Positions 28,267 to 35,948 of a stretch of DNA of 60,249 nt are shown here, piece after piece (position 1 is the first letter of the stretch; each line of letters begins with the position of its first letter). The stretch is from a virus: IMG/VR virus record IMGVR_UViG_3300037510_000266, positions 1 through 60,249 of that record. One strand, given 5' to 3'. The position numbers and the translations under genes were made by a program. The notes under the pieces are model-generated. The model did not search any database, was not told where the DNA came from, and saw only the letters and a program-made list of their open reading frames with translations.

Positions 28267-28369
28267 GCCACGACCCGGGATCGAACCAGGATTACCGCGC
28301 TACATCCGGAAAGGAGACAGATGTAATGACCACAGTGCGCGACGTGTTACCGTTTGACACTATCGTGGC
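28267..28369 (-). tRNA. tRNA-like gene with a ~31-nt insertion in the anticodon loop (103 nt)
   Basis: Read on the - strand: acceptor GCCACGA/TCGTGGC (7 bp), D-arm GTGT-CAAACGGTA-ACAC, T-arm CCTGG-TTCGATC-CCGGG. The anticodon stem TCGCG/CGCGG encloses 38 nt, including a 7-bp hairpin ACATCTG/CGGATGT. Confidence 0.45.
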
Positions 28370-28384
28370 GAGATATCGGTGTGC

Positions 28385-28433
28385 GCCGCGGATCCTGACT
28401 ACATTCAGTCTCAAGTTCATCAGGATCCGCGGC
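28385..28433. other. Strong hairpin (14-bp perfect stem, 21-nt loop)
   Basis: gccgcggatcctga at 28385-28398 pairs with tcaggatccgcggc at 28420-28433. Lies between the 28477 gene end and the tRNA-like gene. Confidence 0.7.
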
Positions 28434-28476
28434 CAGCGGTGACATCACCGCTGAATAAGACAATACAGCAACCTAG

Positions 28477-28794
28477 TTACTTCGTCCAGTCGCTCGGCGG
28501 TTGATGATCATCGACGAGACGATCGTGCTTGGCCAGTGCATCCATCAGCTCGTTATCTGATTGCACTGTTCGCGGTTTGGCGTCGATCGAAAACGACTGA
28601 TTCCACTTGCGCGCAGCTTCCAACACGACGCGCGCTGCGTCGAGTTCTGCCATCAATGAGAACAGCGCGTTGGATCCATCGAGATCCTGCACCCATGACT
28701 CGCCGTACCGAAGGATATGTATTTTGTAGTCGTCCTTCGGCTGGACGAATGTGTACTTTCCGCTTGATACGGAAACCTTGAACTCTTGGCTCAT
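28477..28794 (-). CDS. Hypothetical protein
   Basis: 105-aa ORF coupled to the upstream small ORF by a TAATG overlap. Confidence 0.6.
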   Translation of the reverse strand: MSQEFKVSVSSGKYTFVQPKDDYKIHILRYGESWVQDLDGSNALFSLMAELDAARVVLEAARKWNQSFSIDAKPRTVQSDNELMDALAKHDRLVDDHQPPSDWTK

Positions 28795-28937
28795 TATCTC
28801 CTCAATTTTTTCTGCGACTTGCGCAGATCGAGACGATTGGCGCGATACTGACGCTCAAGTGCGCGCCGAGATCCGGGCGCCGGAAACATCACGCGATAGA
28901 GCGCGATGACGAATACGGTAAAGATGACGGCGATCAT
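28794..28937 (-). CDS. Small single-pass membrane protein (47 aa, below ORF-track cutoff)
   Basis: Hand translation gives MIAVIFTVFVIALYRVMFPAPGSRRALERQYRANRLDLRKSQKKLRR. ATGA overlap upstream and TAATG overlap downstream. Confidence 0.5.
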   Translation of the reverse strand: MIAVIFTVFVIALYRVMFPAPGSRRALERQYRANRLDLRKSQKKLRR

Positions 28938-29188
28938 GCTTGCTCCTCTTCGTCGAGCTGCACAAGCAACTCAGACAGCGTATCACGAAGCCATCGCACA
29001 GTGTTGTGATCTAACGACACATTCGCGATCGTCTTCACATTACGCGCATTGACGTTGTAGACATGCTCGGGCAACGTCGTCTCGTCTGCAAGCACGAACG
29101 CGTAAGTATCATCTGGATCGTAATCTACCCGGAGCCGTGCTCCTGGATCGACGTGGGATTGGTTGTATATGCGGACGAATCTAGGCAT
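28934..29188 (-). CDS. Hypothetical protein
   Basis: 84-aa ORF in the leftward operon. Confidence 0.55.
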   Translation of the reverse strand: MPRFVRIYNQSHVDPGARLRVDYDPDDTYAFVLADETTLPEHVYNVNARNVKTIANVSLDHNTVRWLRDTLSELLVQLDEEEQA

Positions 29189-29432
29189 GGCTCACCAGTG
29201 GAATGCTATCCCAATATGCATGGACATCGGAATCAGAAGGAACTTCATTGCTCGGAACACGACCATCCGGCTCCACGAGTCCGCCGGCATCCTCGTCGTA
29301 TCCGCAATCCGGGTTGTCGCACCATGCCGGACTGCTGATGAATCCGACGCCTACATCAACCTCGTCGTACGTCAGCTCGTTATCGCAGTTGGGACACTTC
29401 GGCGGACGTCGATGACGCGCGTCCCAGCTCAT
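29181..29432 (-). CDS. Hypothetical zinc-ribbon protein
   Basis: The ATG at 29432 overlaps the upstream stop (ATGA). CPNC...CDNPDC motifs. Confidence 0.55.
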   Translation of the reverse strand: MSWDARHRRPPKCPNCDNELTYDEVDVGVGFISSPAWCDNPDCGYDEDAGGLVEPDGRVPSNEVPSDSDVHAYWDSIPLVSHA

Positions 29433-29794
29433 GCTGCGACCCTCCGTGCTATCTCGCGCAACGAAGCGACGTCGATCGCGCGCCACATATGCATATTGCC
29501 GTAGCCGAGTCGGATTGTGTGCTCGGCGCCGAGACGCGACACGTACGACTGCGCCTTGGCGCGCGTGCTACACGTGATGCCGAGGCGCGGCGCCAGCGGG
29601 CCATCCACGAGCCACTGGTGATGCAACCCGTGATCGAAGGCGTGGTCACGCTCGGCGACGTACGCGGCTACCACGGCAAGTGCCATGGGATCGCGGTGCG
29701 CCGCGGCGACGTAGTGAACGAGGTCATCGAGGCCGAGCTCGCGGACCTCGGCGAGGACGTCGGCGAGCCAGTCGTGTGCGATGGATGTGATCAT
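29429..29794 (-). CDS. Hypothetical protein (first gene of a leaderless unit)
   Basis: 121-aa ORF whose ATG lies 6 nt downstream of a -10-like hexamer. Confidence 0.6.
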   Translation of the reverse strand: MITSIAHDWLADVLAEVRELGLDDLVHYVAAAHRDPMALAVVAAYVAERDHAFDHGLHHQWLVDGPLAPRLGITCSTRAKAQSYVSRLGAEHTIRLGYGNMHMWRAIDVASLREIARRVAA

Positions 29795-29800
29795 GACGTC

Positions 29801-29829
29801 AACTTAGCCGATCGTGGCTTGGTTGTCAA
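29801..29829 (-). promoter_or_regulatory. Sigma70-type promoter, leaderless (TTGACA-N17-TAAGTT-N6-ATG)
   Basis: - strand: -35 TTGACA at 29829-29824, 17-nt spacer, -10 TAAGTT at 29806-29801, then gacgtc, then the ATG at 29794. Confidence 0.55.
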
Positions 29830-29850
29830 GTCTCGATCGGCTATGAGCGA

Positions 29851-30162
29851 TCACGGAGACACCTCTACACGATCGAACACATGTCCACGCGACACGGCTG
29901 CGTACCTGGCACGCTCAAGTGCCTTGCGTGTACGTGACCATCGCGTTGGCACCATCACCGGTGCGATGCCCAACAACTTAGCAGCACGCAGCCGATGTGT
30001 TCCTTCCGTCGCAAACCATGCGCCAGATTTATCATCGAAGTACGCGCGGATCCTTGGCGAACCGAGCTGCTTCATCGCTTCAATGACGTCTCGTAGATGT
30101 TCAATGGAATAGTGTTCGTGTAGCGGCGTAACGACAACTCCGACTGTAAGCTTAGTAGTCAT
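29851..30162 (-). CDS. ParB/Srx-like nuclease-domain protein
   Basis: 103 aa with ..WFATEGTHRLRAAKLLGIAPVMV (DGxHR-type motif). Confidence 0.5.
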   Translation of the reverse strand: MTTKLTVGVVVTPLHEHYSIEHLRDVIEAMKQLGSPRIRAYFDDKSGAWFATEGTHRLRAAKLLGIAPVMVPTRWSRTRKALERARYAAVSRGHVFDRVEVSP

Positions 30163-30170
30163 AGTAGATA

Positions 30171-30199
30171 ACCCTAGCCGATCTTGACTCCCCGGTCAA
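30171..30199 (-). promoter_or_regulatory. Leftward promoter (TTGACC-N17-TAGGGT-N8-ATG)
   Basis: - strand: -35 at 30199-30194, -10 at 30176-30171, ATG at 30162. Confidence 0.5.
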
Positions 30200-30212
30200 G
30201 TCGTGGGAGGCT
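30184..30212 (+). promoter_or_regulatory. Rightward promoter (TTGACT-N17-GAGGCT-N6-ATG), overlapping back-to-back with the leftward -35
   Basis: -35 TTGACT at 30184-30189, weak -10 GAGGCT at 30207-30212, ATG at 30219. The two -35 boxes form the inverted repeat CTTGAC-N6-GTCAAG at 30183-30200. Confidence 0.4.
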
Positions 30213-30218
30213 AAGGAG

Positions 30219-30425
30219 ATGAAAAAGCGGACCAAGTGCAAGGGCGCGAAGCTCCTCACGGAATGGCGCGGCGACCGATCACAACCCGAGGTGGCCGAAA
30301 TCCTCGGATGCACATCGCAACAGGTCTCCCACTGGGAAACCGGCTTCGCTAAACCTAACGCCGATCGACGGTTCCTGATCGCCATCGCGACCAACGGCGC
30401 CGTGCCAGCGGACAGTTGGTCATGA
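30219..30425 (+). CDS. XRE/Cro-like HTH transcriptional regulator
   Basis: 68 aa. SQPEVAEILGCTSQQVSHWETG is a typical HTH_3 motif. First gene of the rightward block at a divergent promoter region. Confidence 0.7.
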   Translation: MKKRTKCKGAKLLTEWRGDRSQPEVAEILGCTSQQVSHWETGFAKPNADRRFLIAIATNGAVPADSWS

Positions 30426-30595
30426 TCGACGATGGCACCGAGATCGGCGTTGGCATTCCGTCACGCCGTCCCGTCAGTACTGAGATTCGTCGGCGTCTGA
30501 AACGTGGTCCGTTTCTGGCTGCGTTCGATGCCGGAATGAACGATATAGTCGTTATCGTAGGACATGCACATGATCGCCATGGAACTCACCGATAG
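30422..30595 (+). CDS. Hypothetical small protein (57 aa, below ORF-track cutoff)
   Basis: ATGA overlap with the Cro-like stop. Hand translation begins MIDDGTEIGVGIPSRRPVSTEIRRRLKRGPFLAAFDAGM.. Confidence 0.35.
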   Translation: MIDDGTEIGVGIPSRRPVSTEIRRRLKRGPFLAAFDAGMNDIVVIVGHAHDRHGTHR

Positions 30596-30755
30596 CCAAA
30601 TCGCACGCGTCAAGCGCTACGCCATCGAGCGTCGAATAGTGGCGCTAGAGACGCAGTGCCTTATTGCCGCCAGTGCAGCAGCGATCGCGGCTGACCGCGC
30701 GATCCTAATGCGTATCATAGACGAGGATCCTGATCTGCGGGCGTTGTTCGTATGA
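30564..30755 (+). CDS. Hypothetical small protein
   Basis: 63-aa ORF. The true start may be an internal ATG at 30570 or 30579. Confidence 0.4.
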   Translation: MHMIAMELTDSQIARVKRYAIERRIVALETQCLIAASAAAIAADRAILMRIIDEDPDLRALFV

Positions 30756-31102
30756 AGATCTCGATTCATCGTTGGCCACCATACAGCGATCAGGACCATC
30801 ACGGCGTGCTCGCCATCGATGATGAGAGCGGATACGCTGTCACGGCCATCAGCGAACCTACACGCCAAGCGAATCGCAACCTCGCCGAGAAGCGACTCCG
30901 CAAAGCATCCGTGATGCGCGAACGAATCGCGGAACTCGAGCAACGCCAACGGTCGCATCTAGCTCTCATTGTCAAGTTGACTAACGAGACGCCGTTCGCA
31001 GACGAAATCGCTGGATGGAAAGAGCAGCGTGCCAAGATGATCGCTGAGATCGGTACGCTCAAGGCAAAAATCTCTGAACTTGAACACAAGGAGAAGACAT
31101 GA
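30752..31102 (+). CDS. Hypothetical coiled-coil protein
   Basis: 116 aa, ATGA overlap start, heptad-like C-half. Confidence 0.55.
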   Translation: MKISIHRWPPYSDQDHHGVLAIDDESGYAVTAISEPTRQANRNLAEKRLRKASVMRERIAELEQRQRSHLALIVKLTNETPFADEIAGWKEQRAKMIAEIGTLKAKISELEHKEKT

Positions 31103-31302
31103 TCTGCATCATACCGATGGAAGAAATCGAGAAGTTCGCCGTATGGAACACCGTTGAGAGCAAATTCCTGGAAATACAAGACATTCAGGCATGGTCATCA
31201 GCGGACGAATTAGCCAAAGACATCAAAGAAGTTATAGGTAACCGCTATCATAAAGAATTCGTTGATTCGATCGTCGAGCGTGCACGGGTAGCCGGCTACT
31301 GA
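31099..31302 (+). CDS. Hypothetical protein
   Basis: 67 aa, ATGA overlap start. Confidence 0.55.
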   Translation: MICIIPMEEIEKFAVWNTVESKFLEIQDIQAWSSADELAKDIKEVIGNRYHKEFVDSIVERARVAGY

Positions 31303-31303
31303 C

Positions 31304-32629
31304 GTGATCGCGCTTCGTCCATACCAGGCGAAAGCCATCGACGATCTACGTGCCGCATACGCACGTGGCAAGCGTTCGCCATGTCTCGTAATCCCCACAG
31401 GTGGCGGTAAGACGATCATCGCCGTTGCGATCATCTTGTCCGCGCTCGATCGCGGCAAGCGCGTCTTGTTCCTCGCGCATCGCAAAGAGCTGATCGATCA
31501 GACCGTCGAGAAGCTCATCCAATCAGGACTCGCGATCGACATGATACGCGTCATCCGAGGCGCGTACGGATCCGGCCGGCACGATGCTCCGGTGGTAGTG
31601 GCATCCGTCCCGACACTCACCGGAGCCCGCTGGGAAGACGCGATGCCGCCGGCAGATCTCGTGGTCCACGACGAGCTGCATCACGTCGTAGCGGCCAGCT
31701 TCCGCCGCGTGGTGAACGCCTACCCGCACGCTCACTTCCTCGGCCTCACCGCGACGCCATGCCGCAGCGACGGTCGCTCGCTGTCAGACGTGTGTGATTC
31801 TCTCGTCGTGGGGCCTTCGGTGCGCGAGCTCACCGCGCAGGGCCACCTCGTGCCGTGTCGCGTGTGGTCACCGGCGCGACAGCTCAACCCGGGACAAATT
31901 GCCCAGGACCCGCTGGACGCGTACCGCGAACATGGCGCCGGTGGGCGTGCGGTCGTGTTCTGCCGCGACATCGTCCACGCCGAGCGCGAGGCCGAGCGAT
32001 TCGGCTGCCCCGCTGTCCACGGCAAGGTGCGCGACCGAGGCGCGATCCTCGCTGCGTTCGCGCGCGGCGAGCACCAGGTCATCACGAGCGTGGGCGTGCT
32101 CACCGAGGGATGGGATGATCCAGGATGCAGCGTCGCCATCCTCGCTCGCAGCATCGGTCACGTGGGCATGTACCTGCAAATCTGCGGTCGCGTCTTGCGT
32201 CCGGCGCCCGGCAAGACGATGGCGACGGTGATCGACCTGCACGGCTCGGTCAAGGATCCGTCGATCGGTCCGCCGGATCTCGATCGCATCTACTCGCTCG
32301 ATGGCGATGGCATCCAACCAGCGTATCGCGATCCGATCCGCCAATGCGCGCATTGCGGCTCTGTGTTTCCAACGGCGCATCGATGTCCGTATTGCGGCAT
32401 CGAAATCCCGATCAAGCCGCTTGCGGCGCCGAAGATCACCGGCGATGGCCTGGAGCTCGTCAGCGACAAACCAAGCGCCACACGCGTATGGTATGAGCGC
32501 ATCGAGGCGCGATGGCCCGGCATCTGTGCGTCGTGTCGCATGGCATTTTCCAAAGGCACGCCGATCGTGTGGGCGAAAGGTTACGCACGGCATCAGTCAT
32601 GTCCAACACGAGGAGAAGCGATGACGTGA
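31304..32629 (+). CDS. SF2 DEAH-box helicase with C-terminal zinc ribbons
   Basis: Motif I PTGGGKT, motif II VVHDELHH, motif III GLTATP, motif VI QICGRVLR. C-terminal CAHCG..CPYCG and CASC..C. Confidence 0.85.
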   Translation: MIALRPYQAKAIDDLRAAYARGKRSPCLVIPTGGGKTIIAVAIILSALDRGKRVLFLAHRKELIDQTVEKLIQSGLAIDMIRVIRGAYGSGRHDAPVVVASVPTLTGARWEDAMPPADLVVHDELHHVVAASFRRVVNAYPHAHFLGLTATPCRSDGRSLSDVCDSLVVGPSVRELTAQGHLVPCRVWSPARQLNPGQIAQDPLDAYREHGAGGRAVVFCRDIVHAEREAERFGCPAVHGKVRDRGAILAAFARGEHQVITSVGVLTEGWDDPGCSVAILARSIGHVGMYLQICGRVLRPAPGKTMATVIDLHGSVKDPSIGPPDLDRIYSLDGDGIQPAYRDPIRQCAHCGSVFPTAHRCPYCGIEIPIKPLAAPKITGDGLELVSDKPSATRVWYERIEARWPGICASCRMAFSKGTPIVWAKGYARHQSCPTRGEAMT

Positions 32630-32814
32630 CAGACAAAATACTATCCGGCATGCGGCAATGCTCTGCGTGCGGATTCGAGTTCGGTCACGCATCAGCAGCC
32701 TTGATTACGCGTGGCCATGATGATACGGTGTATGCGTTCTGTCGTCGATGCGCGTTTCCGACGCGCGATCTTTCGGTTGAGAAGCCGAAGAAGAAAGTCA
32801 GGGTGAAGAAATGA
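32626..32814 (+). CDS. Hypothetical zinc-ribbon protein
   Basis: GTGA overlap start (alternative ATG at 32599). CSACG...CRRC. Confidence 0.5.
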   Translation: MTDKILSGMRQCSACGFEFGHASAALITRGHDDTVYAFCRRCAFPTRDLSVEKPKKKVRVKK

Positions 32815-32951
32815 GCCGATACATGGCAGGGCGATCGCTCGTAGCGGCGCTGTATGCAGCAGTCGATCGCGCTGATCTGGCGTCGCTTGAGTGGTATCGC
32901 ATCGCGTCGCTCATCTGTGAGCACGGCGGCGTTGGAGGCGATAAGCAGTGA
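32811..32951 (+). CDS. Hypothetical small protein (46 aa)
   Basis: ATGA overlap upstream and GTGA overlap downstream. Hand translation begins MSRYMAGRSLVAALYAAVDRADLASLEWYRIASLICEHGG.. Confidence 0.4.
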   Translation: MSRYMAGRSLVAALYAAVDRADLASLEWYRIASLICEHGGVGGDKQ

Positions 32952-33121
32952 GCGAGCAACCGCGATGGGACGATAATGGACGTCCTATAAAGAAGCACGA
33001 TCCTTGTCCAAGATGCGGAAATGACGAAATCGCATCTCTTTATGATGACGCATGGTGCCATTATTGTAAATGGAGAGGATTTCTTATTGACCTTCCGCAA
33101 TACGGTGGAACCTATCCATGA
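32948..33121 (+). CDS. Hypothetical zinc-ribbon protein (57 aa)
   Basis: GTG start. CPRCG...CHYC. The stop overlaps the next ATG (ATGA). Confidence 0.45.
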   Translation: MSEQPRWDDNGRPIKKHDPCPRCGNDEIASLYDDAWCHYCKWRGFLIDLPQYGGTYP

Positions 33122-34497
33122 GCGACACATATCTCGATCTCATCGCGCGCAAATCCGCATCGGCAAGCGCCGCGGGATTCATCGTATCCGATGGCGATAT
33201 GGCTTCGCACCTCATCCTGCATCAGCCCGATCTCGTGCGATGGGCGTTACGTCGCGGTCGCGCAGCGTTGTTTGCCGATACCGGCCTGGGCAAGACGATC
33301 ATGCTCCTCGAATGGGCACGTCACGTATCGCAGCGTGGTCGCGTGCTCATCCTGGCGCCGCTTGCCGTCGGACCTCAGATCGAGCGCGAGGCGGCGCGGT
33401 TCGGCGTCGATGCCGTCTATCGTCGTATCGATGACGGAAGCCGCATTATCATCAGCAACTACGAGATGCGTCACCGATTCGATCCGTCGCAGTTCATTGG
33501 AATCGTCATCGACGAAAGCAGCATCCTTAAGAGCTTTGATGGTCGCATTCGTACCGAGCTGATCGAGGCGTTCTCGCGCACGCCGTTCCGGCTTGCGTGT
33601 ACAGCCACCCCGGCGCCCAATGACTTCACCGAGCTCGGCAACCATGCCGAGTTTCTGGGCATTCGCACGCGCGCGGAGATGCTCGCCGAGTATTTCGTTC
33701 ACGACGGCGGCAGCACGCAAGACTGGCGTCTCAAAGGCCACGCTGTGACGCCGTTCTGGCGCTGGGTCGCGACGTGGGGCGCCGTAGTCAAGCGTCCGTC
33801 GGACCTTGGATACGATGACGGCGCGTTCATCTTGCCGCCGCTCGAGATGCGCGAGCACGTCATCGCCGACGACGAGCACGACATCGCCGCGACCGGCATG
33901 CTGTTCCCGATGCCGGCCGTCGGCCTCACGGAGCAACGCAAAGCCAAGCGCGAGACGATGCCCAAGCGCGTCGACTACATCCGCGGACTCGTCGATACGT
34001 ACGGCAACGATCAGGCGATCGTGTGGTGCGAGTTGAATGACGAGCAAGACGCCGTCACCAAGGCGCTTGGCGATCAATGCGTGTCCATTGATGGACGCAC
34101 GAAAGACGATCTCAAGATCGAGCGCGTAGAGCGATGGCTCTCCGGTGGCGTCAAGACGCTCGTGAGTAAAATCCGAATCTTCGGATTCGGGATGAACTTC
34201 CAGAACTGCCATCACGTCGCCTTCGGAGCGAATAACAGCTACGAGAGCGTCTACCAGGCTATCCGCCGGTGCTGGCGATTCGGCCAGCATCATCCGGTGA
34301 CGGCGGATCTGGTGTGCTCCGAGCGTGAGGGCAACGTGCTAGCCAACTACCGCAAGAAAGAAGCGGACGCGGCGAAGATGGCCGAGGAGATGACGCGTCA
34401 TGTTGGCGATGCGGTCCGCGCCGAGGTTCGCGGACTGACGCGACAGTTTAACGATTACCAACCACAGGCAGCGATGACGTTGCCGTCGTGGCTGTAA
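33118..34497 (+). CDS. SNF2-type SF2 helicase/ATPase
   Basis: Motif I ADTGLGKT, motif II VIDESSILK, motif III CTATPAPN, motif VI QAIRRCWRFGQ. Confidence 0.8.
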   Translation: MSDTYLDLIARKSASASAAGFIVSDGDMASHLILHQPDLVRWALRRGRAALFADTGLGKTIMLLEWARHVSQRGRVLILAPLAVGPQIEREAARFGVDAVYRRIDDGSRIIISNYEMRHRFDPSQFIGIVIDESSILKSFDGRIRTELIEAFSRTPFRLACTATPAPNDFTELGNHAEFLGIRTRAEMLAEYFVHDGGSTQDWRLKGHAVTPFWRWVATWGAVVKRPSDLGYDDGAFILPPLEMREHVIADDEHDIAATGMLFPMPAVGLTEQRKAKRETMPKRVDYIRGLVDTYGNDQAIVWCELNDEQDAVTKALGDQCVSIDGRTKDDLKIERVERWLSGGVKTLVSKIRIFGFGMNFQNCHHVAFGANNSYESVYQAIRRCWRFGQHHPVTADLVCSEREGNVLANYRKKEADAAKMAEEMTRHVGDAVRAEVRGLTRQFNDYQPQAAMTLPSWL

Positions 34498-34513
34498 GCC
34501 ACAGATAGGACAC

Positions 34514-34810
34514 ATGGGATACAACGCAGCAGATACGTCGTACGTGCTCGATTACGTCAACGCCGAGCGCAAGCGCCAAGAGCAGCTCAAGATCGAAGGT
34601 CGATTCACGCATACGTGCGCGGATATCGAGCTTACTCCATCCGAGAAAGTCGCCGTGCTCGCCGAGGAATTTGGCGAAGTCGCGCACGAAGTGACTGAGT
34701 CGATCGGCAATCATGCCGAACTCGATCGCGCTGCGTTACGTAAGGAACTCATCCAGGTTGCAGCCGTCGCGGTGGCATGGGTGGAGTGTCTCGACAGGGA
34801 GGAGCCGTGA
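34514..34810 (+). CDS. MazG-like nucleotide pyrophosphohydrolase
   Basis: 98 aa. The LAEEFGEVAHEV helix matches the MazG EExGE metal-binding signature. Confidence 0.5.
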   Translation: MGYNAADTSYVLDYVNAERKRQEQLKIEGRFTHTCADIELTPSEKVAVLAEEFGEVAHEVTESIGNHAELDRAALRKELIQVAAVAVAWVECLDREEP

Positions 34811-35751
34811 ACGTCCTAGATCAAACCGTCGGCGATAAGTTTGCTCTGTATCACGGCGACTGCGTCGATGTATTGCGCGGACTACAAGACAACAGCATCG
34901 ACTTTAGCGTGTTCTCGCCTCCGTTCGCCTCATTGTATACTTATAGCGCGTCACCACGCGATTTTGGAAATGCGTCATCGCATGCCGAATTCTGGGAGCA
35001 ATACGCATTCCTCGCCGCAGAGCAGTTTCGCACGCTCAAGCCTGGCCGCTTACTGGCCGCACACTGCATGCAGCTCACCACGACGAAGGGACGCGATGGC
35101 TTCATCAGCGTCGTAGACTTCCGCGGCGATCTGATCCGAGCCTACCAGCGCGCCGGATTCCTGTATCACTCAGAGGTGTGCATCTGGAAGGATCCGGTCA
35201 CGGCGATGCAGCGGACGAAGGCAAATCGCCTGCTGTATATGCAACTCAAGAAGGACTCGGTGAAGTCTGGCCAGAGCTTCGCCGATTACCTCGTGGTCAT
35301 GGGCAAGCCCGGCGACAACGCCGAGCCGATCACGAAGGATCCGGCGACGTTTCCGGTGGAGCTGTGGCAGCGCTACGCATCTCCGGTGTGGGTCACTCGG
35401 CATAGCGAGGATAGCGAGGGCTTCGCTATCTGCTCGGACGAGCCTACGTCGGATCCGTCGAGCGGCATAGATCCGAGCGACACGCTGCAATACCGCAGCG
35501 CCAGGGAACACGAGGACGAGCGACACATCGCGCCGCTTCAGCTCGAAGTCATCCGCCGAGCAATCAGGCTGTGGAGCAACCCAGGCGACACCGTGCTCTC
35601 GCCGTTCGGTGGCATCGGATCCGAGGGCTACGTCGCGATCCAAGAGGGCCGGCGCTACATCGGCGCCGAGCTGAAGCAATCATATTATAAGCAAGCGGCG
35701 ATCAACCTGCAGAACGCCGCAAACCCGGCGCAGATGAGGATGGATATATGA
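34807..35751 (+). CDS. DNA methyltransferase (N6-adenine/N4-cytosine, beta class)
   Basis: GTGA overlap start. Motif IV SPPF (FSVFSPPFASLY) precedes motif I VLSPFGGIGSEG. Confidence 0.8.
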   Translation: MNVLDQTVGDKFALYHGDCVDVLRGLQDNSIDFSVFSPPFASLYTYSASPRDFGNASSHAEFWEQYAFLAAEQFRTLKPGRLLAAHCMQLTTTKGRDGFISVVDFRGDLIRAYQRAGFLYHSEVCIWKDPVTAMQRTKANRLLYMQLKKDSVKSGQSFADYLVVMGKPGDNAEPITKDPATFPVELWQRYASPVWVTRHSEDSEGFAICSDEPTSDPSSGIDPSDTLQYRSAREHEDERHIAPLQLEVIRRAIRLWSNPGDTVLSPFGGIGSEGYVAIQEGRRYIGAELKQSYYKQAAINLQNAANPAQMRMDI

Positions 35752-35948
35752 CATTCGTGGAGGCAATCAAAACGGGAAGGCCGATGCGAAGGAAATCAGC
35801 ATCTATTGTTCCTGAGTGGATCGTGCTCGGATACGATGGATCTAACGATGTGGTTGGCATTCCGAGATGGCGCGAGACCAGAAGCGGAAAGCTGATTGGT
35901 CTACGATTTAGCGACTACACAGCCGAAGACTGGGAGGTGCTTGCGTGA
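35748..35948 (+). CDS. DUF2829 (Tad2-like) small protein
   Basis: 66 aa. N-terminus MTFVEAIKTGRPMRRK and C-terminus DYTAEDWEVLA resemble the F.EA.K.G..(V/M)RR..W ... EDWE(I/V) ends of DUF2829 as I remember them. Confidence 0.45.
   Translation: MTFVEAIKTGRPMRRKSASIVPEWIVLGYDGSNDVVGIPRWRETRSGKLIGLRFSDYTAEDWEVLA

Noticed and set aside
28311-28445. + strand AGGAG followed by ATG-TAA and a 39-codon ORF inside the tRNA-like gene and hairpin.
   Set aside because: It lies antisense within a leftward operon, and the sequence is better explained by the RNA structures.
30212-30218. AAGGAG as the Shine-Dalgarno sequence of the Cro-like gene.
   Set aside because: It abuts the ATG with no spacer. It fits better as the N6 segment of a leaderless promoter with the same geometry as the others.
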